From positions 47,233 through 111,232 of the forward strand of contig JAUVZL010000001.1 in NCBI GenBank assembly GCA_030602565.1: a DNA stretch of 64,000 bases. The letters run 5' to 3'. Made by a program: the position numbers and the translations under genes. Of the stretch, positions 9,177 through 18,300 are shown piece by piece. The DNA is from Candidatus Stahliibacteriota bacterium. GTDB taxonomy: Bacteria > Hydrothermota > Tepidihabitantia > SM23-42. Each line of letters begins with the position of its first letter. Positions within the stretch are counted from its first letter, which is position 1. The notes beneath the pieces were generated by a model. That model ran no database searches, was not told the DNA's origin, and saw only the letters and a program-made list of their open reading frames with translations.

Positions 9177-11540
9177 TTACTTAATTACCAGTAGCTTATC
9201 TATTTGCTTTAGTCCTCCTGCGTCAATCTCAACGAAATACACACCGCAAGAAAGGTCAATAGGTTTATCGATTTTGTGAGTGCCCTGGGATATATTTCTA
9301 TTTATAAGGGCATCAACAACCCGGCCAGTTAGATCAAATATCCTTACGTTAAGGTCTGTCGTCGAACCGACGTATATTTCAAGATGTAGTCTATTCTTTG
9401 TAATCGTACTGAAATTACTGATTCTCATACCTGGCACATAAGTGTATGTGTTTTCTTCGATACCTGGATTGAAGCTAAGATCTCCAGTTACCGCATAAGC
9501 GAATCCCATTGGACCATTCGGAATACTCTGACCAATGACCGTAATATACCAAAGTCCGGTTTGCGGACTATTGATACGGGCACACTCTTCGACGTTTATA
9601 TTATCCCAGGTTGAAGGGTTTGCAGAGGACTCTCCACCACTGTAGATATTGCCTCGATAATAAGTACCACTCGGTGCAGTTAGTTCAAGATGCAAATTAT
9701 TGACGAGTGTGGAGGGTGCGCCAGATGATGCGGCAGTATCAGTCCAAGCCATGCAAACACGCAGCGGTATTGCCGAATTAACAACGAAGGAATCAGTAAT
9801 TGACATGCCTGTGGTGACACCAATAGTATCATCGATAAGGATCAAATTCCTGGAATTCCCAGCAAAGAATAGAACGCTATCAACATCAATTCTTCCCCAG
9901 CCTACATTAAAACTGGGGATCGTATAACCAACGTTTGGGTCAGCGGAAACCATTGTCATAGCCCTTAGCAAAGCAGCACTCTGATATTTGATTGAATCAG
10001 AGGTATTTGCTGTACCAGATGGGTAAAAACCGGCAAGCAGGTATTGTCGGATTAAACCAATTGCACCATTTGTCGCAGGCGTTGCCATGCTTGTTCCAGA
10101 CATGCCTTTATAGCCTGACGTGCCGGCGCCATTCGCTGACCAGAGTCCAGCCCATAGATTTGTGCCATCACCAGGTGCCATTATATTCGGTTTAATACGA
10201 TTATCCAAAGTAGGACCACGGCTGGAAAACGTGGCTATCTGATTTGAATTAGTGCTATTGAGCATCGCACCCACGGTCAGGATATTTTTTGCAATACCTG
10301 GGTTTCTAATTGTCCTACTCGAATATTCATTACCCGCTGCATAGAGATTGAGAAAATCAGGGTTTGCATAGATATAGGCATCAGTCGAAGCATCCTGTAG
10401 CAAATATGTACCACTTGAATTACCCCAACCCCAAGAGCCTGAATGCTGCAGAATTGTATAGGGTAGTCCACGACCAAGATGTATGGTATCATACATCGCT
10501 GTTAAGTTCTGGGGAACAACGAGTCCACCACTAGCATTGCCGATGTCGACGAAATAAATGCGCGCTTTCTTTGCCATCCCATCATAGGGCTGCGAACCCT
10601 GAGTAGTATCGTCACCAGCGACTGTACAGTTTACATGTGTACCATGATATCCACCTACATCACCAAAGGCCGCGCCTTGATAGTTCTTATATCCAACAAC
10701 TTTACGATGATTTGGATACACGCCCGTTCCTGTAATAGGATAGGAGGGATCATAAAACTGCTGGTGATTAGTAGTGATCCCAGTATCCGTGGTGTTGAGC
10801 ACGACACCATTACCGACCACACCATTATACCATACTTGCCGAGCGCCTGGGTTTGATGGGATACTTGAACGCCAGCCAGTTTGAGTGACCCATTGGCAAT
10901 TCTGATTTGCCACAGTAGGTTCAGACCACATCTGGATCCAGATTATGCCTGATATATTAGCGATGGTGCTGAGTTGTTCAGCATCGAGTATGATTTCCAT
11001 TGTTTTGCAAATAGGATGGTCGATTATCTCCGTAACTTCAAAGCCCATTTCCCTAATCTGCTGCGCTATGTCATTAATATCTTCATTTGGGAAAACCTGT
11101 ACTGTGGTATGGATAATACCTTTTTGATTCAGGATGTCCTTTTCGAGTTTGTACGCAGGTTGATATATCCCGGTCCATTGCACAAATGATTTTGTCTTAG
11201 CCTGTATGATCTGTTCAGCATCAACACGAACAATAAGCGCATAGTGCGGAGCATATCCAAGGATCTCAATTCCATCTGCTTTTAGTTCTTCAGTCCAGGT
11301 TTCATATATCGGACCAGTCATTTGGACCAGATAATACCCGCTTTTTTGGTAGCCACTAATCGTAAGAGCAGTCAGTAGCTGAGGTTCGCCATTACGCGTG
11401 TCAAATTCAATACCATTGGAAAACGAGATGATAGTAGCATTATCATCAGGGAATACCTCACGCGGCATTACCACACCGTGTTTGTGTATATTGGTAGCGC
11501 CCAAACATGTTATGACCAATAATAACGATACCAATTTCAT
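9177..11540 (-). CDS. secreted subtilisin-like serine protease (peptidase S8) with N-terminal propeptide and C-terminal T9SS-type sorting domain
   Basis: The Asp/His/Ser triad motifs DTGI, HGTHVNCTVAG and GTSMATP are present. The C-terminal ~75 aa (VRIFDLTGRVV...GVYFVEI...KLLVIK) matches the T9SS CTD pattern. The signal peptide reads MKLVSLLLVITCLG. The start is set at the second ATG (11540), preceded by GGAGG, rather than 11555. Confidence 0.85.
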   Translation of the reverse strand: MKLVSLLLVITCLGATNIHKHGVVMPREVFPDDNATIISFSNGIEFDTRNGEPQLLTALTISGYQKSGYYLVQMTGPIYETWTEELKADGIEILGYAPHYALIVRVDAEQIIQAKTKSFVQWTGIYQPAYKLEKDILNQKGIIHTTVQVFPNEDINDIAQQIREMGFEVTEIIDHPICKTMEIILDAEQLSTIANISGIIWIQMWSEPTVANQNCQWVTQTGWRSSIPSNPGARQVWYNGVVGNGVVLNTTDTGITTNHQQFYDPSYPITGTGVYPNHRKVVGYKNYQGAAFGDVGGYHGTHVNCTVAGDDTTQGSQPYDGMAKKARIYFVDIGNASGGLVVPQNLTAMYDTIHLGRGLPYTILQHSGSWGWGNSSGTYLLQDASTDAYIYANPDFLNLYAAGNEYSSRTIRNPGIAKNILTVGAMLNSTNSNQIATFSSRGPTLDNRIKPNIMAPGDGTNLWAGLWSANGAGTSGYKGMSGTSMATPATNGAIGLIRQYLLAGFYPSGTANTSDSIKYQSAALLRAMTMVSADPNVGYTIPSFNVGWGRIDVDSVLFFAGNSRNLILIDDTIGVTTGMSITDSFVVNSAIPLRVCMAWTDTAASSGAPSTLVNNLHLELTAPSGTYYRGNIYSGGESSANPSTWDNINVEECARINSPQTGLWYITVIGQSIPNGPMGFAYAVTGDLSFNPGIEENTYTYVPGMRISNFSTITKNRLHLEIYVGSTTDLNVRIFDLTGRVVDALINRNISQGTHKIDKPIDLSCGVYFVEIDAGGLKQIDKLLVIK

Positions 11541-11572
11541 ATGACCTCCTTTCATATATTTAAGTCTCTGAT

Positions 11573-11600
11573 ATTATACTGAATATTATTCTTGTGTCAA
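11573..11600 (-). promoter_or_regulatory. perfect consensus sigma70 promoter (TTGACA-16-TATAAT) for the S8 protease
   Basis: On the minus strand, TTGACA (rc of 11595-11600) is followed by a 16-nt spacer and TATAAT (rc of 11573-11578). A UTR with GGAGG and the ATG follow. Confidence 0.55.
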
Positions 11601-11744
11601 TGGCTTGCAATACCTAATATGTTGACTGGTCACATCAGGTGTGTATACTTTGAAAAGCCGTTTAAAACGGCAAAGTTATTGAGTTACTAAAAAACGTTTT
11701 GACCGTTGATTGAGTCACAAGTGATTAGAAGTGAGTTTACAGCT

Positions 11745-11782
11745 ACGCGGTTACGCTGATATTCAAAAAAAGGGGGAGAGGT
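11745..11782. repeat. left copy of a 39-bp inverted repeat pair (partner at 13118-13156)
   Basis: acgcggttacgctgatattcaaaaaaagggggagaggt matches the rc of 13118-13156 at about 36 of 39 positions. Its GGGGGAGAGG doubles as the SD for the 11783 gene. Confidence 0.6.
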
Positions 11783-12082
11783 ATGTTACGAATAAACGAG
11801 AACAATGAGGGACAAAATGAACATGCTCCCGAACTCGTCGTTGTACTCAGCACATTTAGTCTTGGTGACGTTGCAATCGTAAAATCAATACTTGATGCAG
11901 CTGATATCCAATACTTTTTCAAAGGTGAACGTTTTCTTGGTTTGGTCAAGCCATGGGCTGATCCAGCCAAGCTAATCGTCAAGAAAGCACAGGCTAAAAA
12001 GGTCAAAAGATTACTTAAAGACCTGAAACTACAGGACTGTAGTTTTTTCGCACCGTCTGGGAATAAAGGTGATACTACTTAG
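11783..12082 (+). CDS. DUF2007-like small protein (putative signal-transducing protein family)
   Basis: The pattern LVVVLSTFSLGDVAIVKSILDAADIQYFFKGE...LIVKKAQAKKVKRLL fits DUF2007. A strong SD is present. Length is 99 aa. Confidence 0.5.
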   Translation: MLRINENNEGQNEHAPELVVVLSTFSLGDVAIVKSILDAADIQYFFKGERFLGLVKPWADPAKLIVKKAQAKKVKRLLKDLKLQDCSFFAPSGNKGDTT

Positions 12083-12186
12083 TTATCTCCCTATTTTACA
12101 AGACTTTTTATCGATAGATTAAACAAAATTATAAGTATATCGAGGCAAAAAATTGGTTTTAATGCATTTCTATACAATCTCCACCC

Positions 12187-12293
12187 TTGATTTTCTTGGC
12201 AGGTTGAGTATAATTTATATAGAAGAGGCATTATTGCTTTTGCTTCTTTCTTGAACCGCAAACCTGTCCAGTATTGGATGGGTTTGCGTTTTT
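12187..12293 (+). ncRNA. candidate small RNA (~70 nt) with promoter (TTGATT-16-TATAAT) and Rho-independent terminator
   Basis: The -35 TTGATT lies at 12187-12192 and a perfect -10 TATAAT at 12209-12214. The predicted TSS is near 12221. A terminator stem CGCAAACC/GGTTTGCG (12257-12288) is followed by TTTTT (12289-12293). There is no ORF between. Confidence 0.4.
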
Positions 12294-12318
12294 AGTACAA
12301 TAAACAAGTAAGTCATTT

Positions 12319-12378
12319 GAATCCCAAGGGATTGGAAGAGATCACTACGTGTTGGAATCCCAAGGGGATTGGAAGAGA
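12319..12378. repeat. tandem pair of 23/24-bp repeats, each containing the palindrome AATCCCAAGGGATT
   Basis: GAATCCCAAGGGATTGGAAGAGA (12319-12341) and GAATCCCAAGGGGATTGGAAGAGA (12355-12378) are separated by a 13-bp spacer. Confidence 0.6.
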
Positions 12379-12386
12379 GAATGTAT

Positions 12387-12423
12387 CAAATACCTAAACA
12401 CCTAAATTCCTAAATACCTAAAG
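12387..12423. repeat. CCTAAATACCTAAA-family repeat module
   Basis: The sequence reads caaatacctaaacacctaaattcctaaatacctaaag. Confidence 0.6.
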
Positions 12424-12635
12424 ACAAATTCCAAGAAACAAAAAGAAATGGCACTGCCTCTCGAAAAACTCGAGACCTTCGGCTGGAACAGTTTTAATTC
12501 CCTTCATTTTAAATCATTCCATTCGAAGAATCCATTCCAGTGTGAAACACTCATTTCCATACGAAGTATCTCTTCTATGCTTAGCATCATTTCTCTTTGC
12601 CCTTTGTGCTGGAAGGGAGCTGCGCTGGAAATATA

Positions 12636-12756
12636 GAAACGGAGAATTGGAGAAACGGTGAAACGGAGTATAGTGAGTATCAGAGAATATCGTATTCGTA
12701 AATCGTGCATCGTACTCGTAAAAAAACGATAATAACGGAACTAACGGACGAAACGT
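12636..12756. repeat. CGTATTCGTAAATCG-family dispersed repeat (copy 1), with GAAACGG heptamer repeats
   Basis: gaaacggagaattggagaaacggtgaaacggag...gagtatcagagaatatcgtattcgtaaatcgtgcatcgtactcgtaaaaaaacgataataacggaactaacgg is homologous to the copies at 36860, 61190 (rc) and 62262. Confidence 0.65.
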
Positions 12757-13117
12757 CTTTTAATAACTAAATTACTTAGTTACCTAATAACTGTTTTGTT
12801 CAGTTACTCAATAAATCGGATGACTACATCTATAGTGTAATGAATACAGAAATACTGGAGGTCAATGATCACCATAAGGAATAACCAACGCAGACGATTG
12901 AATGCCGGCTTTCCGAGCTGCTTTTTCCTTATTTTGCAATGCTTTCAAGCGTATTCGCCTTCGATTTCTTGGGTCTGATAATGGTTATTATGCAAACTTG
13001 ATAATTTTCGAGTTCTGATGACCAGCAAAAGGCTATTGTCAAAGAAACAAAATATCGCCAAATATCCACATTAAAACCGTAAAACAAACTTCCTGTTATT
13101 TTTGAAATCTTGGATCA

Positions 13118-13156
13118 ACCTCTCCCCCTTTTTTTGAGTATCAGAGTAACCGCGTA
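13118..13156. repeat. right copy (inverted) of the 39-bp inverted repeat pair
   Basis: The rc reads acgcggttactctgatactcaaaaaaaagggggagaggt. It shares gagtatcagag with the 12668 repeat copy. Confidence 0.6.
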
Positions 13157-13253
13157 TTAGAGTAATGGCATAACACAAGCACAGAGAATTAGAGAGCAGG
13201 AGATTACCACGGTCATCTCTGATGACCTCGCAATGACATTTTGTCCTGATATC

Positions 13254-13439
13254 CTATATTTTTCCTGTATAATAGAATATCTTTTTACAGTCTTCGCATT
13301 TAAAAAGGTTTTCTGGTCTCTGCTTTTTCTTGATCGGTTTCGGATTGACTCTTGTGTTTTGCACAGGATACAGGTAGTTCACATTATTGCTGTTGCAATA
13401 CGGGCACTTCATTTTATCAGTGTGTTTCTTCTCAGACAT
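13254..13439 (-). CDS. small basic zinc-ribbon protein (61 aa, CPYC...CEDC)
   Basis: An AAGGA SD lies 7 nt before the ATG. Two CxxC pairs are present. It is driven by the perfect consensus promoter at 13467-13495. Confidence 0.5.
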   Translation of the reverse strand: MSEKKHTDKMKCPYCNSNNVNYLYPVQNTRVNPKPIKKKQRPENLFKCEDCKKIFYYTGKI

Positions 13440-13466
13440 AGTGATATCCTTATACCCTGCTATTGC

Positions 13467-13495
13467 ATTATACTTTCTCTTCTGATCAATGTCAA
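13467..13495 (-). promoter_or_regulatory. perfect consensus sigma70 promoter (TTGACA-17-TATAAT) for the zinc-ribbon gene
   Basis: On the minus strand, TTGACA (rc of 13490-13495) is followed by a 17-nt spacer and TATAAT (rc of 13467-13472). Confidence 0.55.
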
Positions 13496-13503
13496 GGTAT
13501 AAT

Positions 13504-13781
13504 CAGAAACTTGGACACATTGTTTAATAGACATTTTAGGAAACCCTCACCCTTACCCTCTCCCTTTCTAAGGGAGAGGGTGTCATTCTTTTTAGCTATC
13601 CTCTCCTCTCTGAGGAGAGGATAAAAGCCTGCCTTGAACCCTGAAAGTGTCATTCTGAACCATGCCCTGAACTTGTTTCATGGGTTGGTTCAGAATCTCT
13701 TCAGGGCAGGCTCTTTCCAGGGGTGAGGAGTTCATTTAATAAATTCCAAAATCAAGGGAGGAAGATATGTCTAAGTTTCTG
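13504..13781. mobile_element. MITE copy 1 (278 bp): 16-bp TIRs CAGAAACTTGGACACA / rc TATGTCTAAGTTTCTG, with 7-bp TSD GTATAAT/GTATAGT
   Basis: The left TIR is at 13504-13519 and the right TIR at 13766-13781. Flanking 7-mers at 13497-13503 and 13782-13788 match 6 of 7. The interior is packed with GA-rich palindromes (CCCTCTCCCTT..AAGGGAGAGGG, ATCCTCTCCTC..GAGGAGAGGAT) and a long imperfect hairpin, all enclosed by ccctcaccc/ggggtgagg. Confidence 0.65.
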
Positions 13782-13833
13782 GTATAGTACCAGTTCGATA
13801 GTTGTACAATTATGCAACTGTACAATTGTAATA

Positions 13834-14430
13834 TTAGTCTTTATGCTTTTTTCTTATTCTAATTAATGCGGCTTCGAGTTTTATAAATTTCTCTGTCTTA
13901 CGAATGAATTTATTAAGGTCGATTTTATGTTTTCTGGCGAGTTTTCTTACGATAGGCAATGGCTCTGGATCTGCCTTTTTCCAAACTGTTCGGAGTTCTC
14001 TCAAAAAAATATTTGCGGTCACTGGACCAATGCCCTTAAATGATTGTAGAATTGATTCTAATTCCTTTTTATCCTTTGCAATTTCATGAATCTTTGTTAA
14101 TGGCTTTTCACCGTATTTATCCAAGAGGTCTTTGCTTATCTCAAGCAATTTTGTTGCAGTACTGAAATCGTATCTGACATATCCACCTGCATCGAGCACT
14201 TGAACAAGCCTGTCCCATCCAGCCCTAAGGATCTCGCTTGGGCATAGAATACCTGCCTTCTCAAATTCTCGGTATGTTTTTATTGCAATATTCTCGCTAA
14301 TTCTTTTTCCAAAAAGAATGGATGCCAAAAACCATTTGAATGTCTCTTTTTCATTTTTGGTTTTGACGTTTATTCCGAGGTCTGTAGAATAGAGACAACC
14401 ATATTGAGAAATCAATTTTTTTATATCCAT
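13834..14430 (-). CDS. HhH-GPD superfamily DNA glycosylase-like protein (endonuclease III-like fold)
   Basis: FKGIGPVTANIFLRELR resembles the HhH motif (LPGVGxKTA). FLASILFGKRISENIAIKTY resembles the EndoIII helix. The start is set at the first ATG with a GAGGA SD (MDIKKLISQYG). The listed 14478 start is TTG. Confidence 0.5.
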   Translation of the reverse strand: MDIKKLISQYGCLYSTDLGINVKTKNEKETFKWFLASILFGKRISENIAIKTYREFEKAGILCPSEILRAGWDRLVQVLDAGGYVRYDFSTATKLLEISKDLLDKYGEKPLTKIHEIAKDKKELESILQSFKGIGPVTANIFLRELRTVWKKADPEPLPIVRKLARKHKIDLNKFIRKTEKFIKLEAALIRIRKKHKD

Positions 14431-14598
14431 CTTTTTCCTCACATCAATATTTTGTAATAGTTCCCGAAATTTTTTCAATGACTTTAGGAAGTCGGATTTT
14501 TGTGGCTATTTCTCCAAAAACAAAATCTGTGAAAACAATGATGCCGACAATTAGAATGGATTGCATATAATTTATCCTCTATTCATACTAAGTATTGT

Positions 14599-14626
14599 AT
14601 TATAAGAATGTATTTCCCTATGTCAA
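14599..14626 (-). promoter_or_regulatory. perfect consensus sigma70 promoter (TTGACA-16-TATAAT) upstream of the glycosylase-like gene
   Basis: On the minus strand, TTGACA is rc of 14621-14626 and TATAAT is rc of 14599-14604. It lies 4 bp from the TSD of MITE copy 2. Confidence 0.55.
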
Positions 14627-14636
14627 TATCTAAAAC

Positions 14637-14840
14637 CAGAGACTTGGACACAAATTTTAAACTGCAATAGTATAAAATCCTCTCCCCTTGCGGGAGAGGA
14701 CAAAGGTGAGGGGTGTATTAAATTATGAAAAAAATCACCCTCCCCCTTACCCCCTCCCGTTAAGGGAGGGGAAGTATGATGGGTTTGGATTGATGTTGAT
14801 GCAGTTCAAATTTGCTATCAAAGATGTGTCCAAGTTTCTG
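14637..14840. mobile_element. MITE copy 2 (204 bp): TIRs CAGAGACTTGGACACA / rc TGTGTCCAAGTTTCTG with perfect 7-bp TSD CTAAAAC
   Basis: The left TIR is at 14637-14652 and the right TIR at 14825-14840. The TSD is at 14630-14636 and 14841-14847. Internal palindromes include CCTCTCCCcttgcGGGAGAGG and CCCTCCCgttaaGGGAGGG. Confidence 0.7.
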
Positions 14841-14849
14841 CTAAAACAT

Positions 14850-14895
14850 CATATCGATATATGTACAATTGTGCATATGTGCATATATCGATATG
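14850..14895. promoter_or_regulatory. pair of 10-bp perfect palindromes ATATCGATAT (candidate operator) upstream of the DUF3795 gene
   Basis: CATATCGATATATG (14850-14863) and its exact rc CATATATCGATATG (14882-14895) are separated by 18 bp that contain TGTACAATTGT. Confidence 0.4.
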
Positions 14896-14981
14896 GTCGG
14901 TTGAGTGGGTGTGAATGTTCTCTTGATTCTTTTGAGAATTTGTGTATTTTTATTAGGTATTTAACTTCTTAAGGAGGTAAT

Positions 14982-15323
14982 ATGGAAAAAATGATTGCAT
15001 ATTGCGGGATTGAATGTTCAAAATGTCCTGCATTCATTGCCAAAAAAGAAAATAATGATGAATTAAGGAAAAAAACGGCTGAAGAGTGGTCAAAACAATT
15101 CAACGCGGAAATGAAACCAGAGGATATAAACTGCGATGGTTGTTTATCCACAGGCGTACTCGTTGGTTATTGCAATATATGTGAAATAAGAAAATGTGGT
15201 GTTGAAAAGAAAGTACAGAACTGTGCATATTGTGATGGCTATATCTGCGAGAAACTCGAAAAATGGTTCAAGAATGTACCTGACGCAAAACAAAGATTAG
15301 ATACAATAAAGAAGAATCTATAA
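14982..15323 (+). CDS. DUF3795 family cysteine-rich protein
   Basis: MxxxIAYCGIECSKCPAF... and further CxxC/CDGY motifs are typical of DUF3795. AAGGAGG lies 6 nt before the ATG. Confidence 0.7.
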   Translation: MEKMIAYCGIECSKCPAFIAKKENNDELRKKTAEEWSKQFNAEMKPEDINCDGCLSTGVLVGYCNICEIRKCGVEKKVQNCAYCDGYICEKLEKWFKNVPDAKQRLDTIKKNL

Positions 15324-15345
15324 ATATCCGGGTATACTTATCTTA

Positions 15346-18300
15346 TTAACGTACTAATACGATCTGTCTGGTCAGTGTTCTATTGTCTGCATTCAACTGA
15401 CAAAAGTATACACCATTAGGTACTACCCTTTCAAGCTCATCAGTACCGTTCCATGACACCGATGTCACAGATTCATTCATATCATACGGATCAACGTTGA
15501 ATACTCTAATAAGACGTCCAGTTACATCATAGATTTTCAGCGAAGCATTCGTTGTATTCAGTATTTGGCATCTAATAATAGTGTTTTGTTTAAATGGATT
15601 CGGATAAATACTGAGCTGGGTGACGATATCTGATAAACCGTGTTCCAGAACGCCGGTGCCAGTATTATAGAGAACTGTGACATTATTTGAATTGTAGTTT
15701 CCACAAGCAATATCAAGTGCACCATCCAGGTCGTAATCAGCAGACATTATCCCCCAAGGGCTCGTTCCAACAGTATACGTTGCCAAATTACCATACGTTC
15801 CATCACCATTATTCAGTAATACAGCAACAGTATTTGTGCCATTATTGCTGCCGATCAGGTCAATGTCACCATCGCCATCAAAATCACCACCGTGGAGAGC
15901 TCTGGTATTATTGCCTGTTGCGTATCCTGTCGGATTAGAAAAAGTACCGTCTCCATTATTAAGTATCACAGCGATATCATTGCCGCTATAATTAGCGGTC
16001 GCAAAGTCAACATAATTATCGCCATTAAAATCATTACCATAAACTGCGGTTGGATTATCACCAACTGCATAATTTGTGATTTCCGGGAAATTACCATCAC
16101 CATCATTCGACAATATTGAGATATTATCATTCCCAGCATTGGTTACACCAAGGTCCAGATCACCATCATTATCAACATCTTTAATAGCTACACCTCGTGC
16201 CCAGGTCCCGGCAGTATACGTGTACGGACCTGAATAACTACCATTACCATTATTTAACATTACCCGGACATTTGTTCCAGAACCCCATCCATCAGTCATT
16301 ACAAGATCAATGTCATTGTCAGCATCAATATCACCGCCAGCGAGATTCTGTCCAAGAATTGCTGGTGCATAAGTAGCAAATACCGTGAAAACGCCACTGC
16401 CATTATTTTTCAAAATAACCAGATGCGATGTGCCTGGCTGATTATGTGCTGAGGCGAGGTCTATGTCGCCATCACTGTCAAAGTCGGCACCAAATAGAGC
16501 GATCGGGTCACCCTCAATCGAAGTGTATACTGGTGCGGCAAAAGTCCCGTCACCATTATTAAGCAGAACGACAACACTGTTAGGATTAGACGTTGCCGCA
16601 ATATCGATATCCCAGTCACCATCAAAATCACCGGCAAACAGACCACGCGGTTGATTGCCTGCAGTAAAGTTGAGAGGATTTTCAAATGTTCCATCTGATT
16701 GGGTCGAAACAGCAGCTGTAAAATCCCAGATAAATCCATCCAGATAAGGCCCGATCAATGACTGTATATCCTTAGACAATATCGCAGTGACGACTTCACC
16801 ATCTATAAAATCGATATCAGGATCAAGACTGACTGTCGATGTGCCGCTACTATAAATAATAGTACCTGTGTGGATACCGGTCTGCACACCCTGCACTGTA
16901 AAGGTTGAGTTATTCAGGGTCAAACTGTCCACCTCAAGGCTGAAAGTGGCATTGATATCTGTTGATTGCGGAACATCTAATTGGTACTGAACAGGATCTG
17001 TCGATGTAACATTCAGTGCTGCCTCGTTAAGCAATACAGACATACTGTCAACGCTATAATCACCGGTCACTATGTCCATGTCACGGTCATTGTCAAAATC
17101 GCCTGATAAGAGACACGACGGGCTGCTGCCTGTAATAAAGTGGGTTGCGGTAGCGAAACCACCATTGCCATTTCCCAGCAAAATAGAGACTGTGTTTGCA
17201 TTCACATTAGAGACCGCAAGATCATGATTCCCATCAGCATCATGATCAGTAGCATATATTCCACTCGGACCATCACCCGCTGCAAAATGCACGGCTGATC
17301 CGAATGTACCGTCACCATTGCCGAGCAACCGCGACACATTATCCGAATCGAAGTTTGCGGTCGCGATATCAAGATCGCCGTCACCATTGAAATCTGCACT
17401 ATAGACACCATGAGGATTCGTACCAACAGAAAAGTTGTCAACCGCACCAAACCCGCCAGTGCCATCCCCTAGAAGGATAGAAATGTTGTTCGTTGTGCTG
17501 TTCGTGGTTACGACATCGAGATACCCATCATTATTAAAGTCTCCACACACAATTCTGAGCGGTGACCCACCAACTGTATAGTTCATCGGACCACTGAACG
17601 TGCCGTTGCCATCTCCTATGAGTATGGAAACCGTCCCCGAATTGCGATTAACTACAGCAATATCAAGGAGACCATCACAATTGAAATCCCCGCAACAGAT
17701 ACCCTGTGGTGCGATATCTGCAGCATACGAACTCCCAACCGTGAACGTGCCGTCCCCATTACCGAGTAGTATCGATACATCGTTGCTGCCTTCATTGGTG
17801 ACTGCAAGATCAAGCCATGGATCCACGTTGAAATTGAAATTACTCGTGCATATACCTGTCGGTCCAGATCCTACCGGGTAATTAACTGCGGTTGCAAACG
17901 TGCCATCTCCGTTACCGATTAGCACTGATACTTCATCTGAATAGTAATTGGCAAAGGCAACATCCAGGTTATCATCCCGATAAAAATCTCCTGTGACCCC
18001 ATCCAACGGACCGTCCCCAAGCATATACTGGTCACTGTGCGTAAACAATCCAGAACCGCTATCAACACGGCAAACGAACTGCCAGATAAAACCCTCAAGG
18101 GAATCACCAGAAGGAGTCCTGATATCCTTTGTAAGAACTGCGGTCACTATCTCTCCACAATGAAAAGTGCTATCAGGATCGATCGTGACAAAGCGCGCTG
18201 TGGTGTCATATGTAATCGTACTTGATATAAATCCCGTGAACTTTCCATGGATCTGCGTAGTGTTTACAGTAAACGATACAGGATCCATGTCGAGGTTGAA

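Noticed and set aside
12319-12378. Possible CRISPR array (two 23/24-bp palindromic direct repeats with a 13-bp spacer)
   Set aside because: There are only two repeat units, the spacer is far too short, and no cas genes or leader are present. It is more likely an operator or REP-like palindrome pair.
12448-12710. Small ORFs 12448-12636(+) and 12504-12710(-)
   Set aside because: They lie inside the modular repeat region, have no SD, and their composition is driven by the heptamer repeats.
14688-14972. 94-aa ORF (MRERTKVRGVLNYEKNHPPPYPLPLREGKYDG...)
   Set aside because: It lies entirely within MITE copy 2 and its GA/CT-rich palindromes. The Pro/Gly-rich translation is a repeat artefact.
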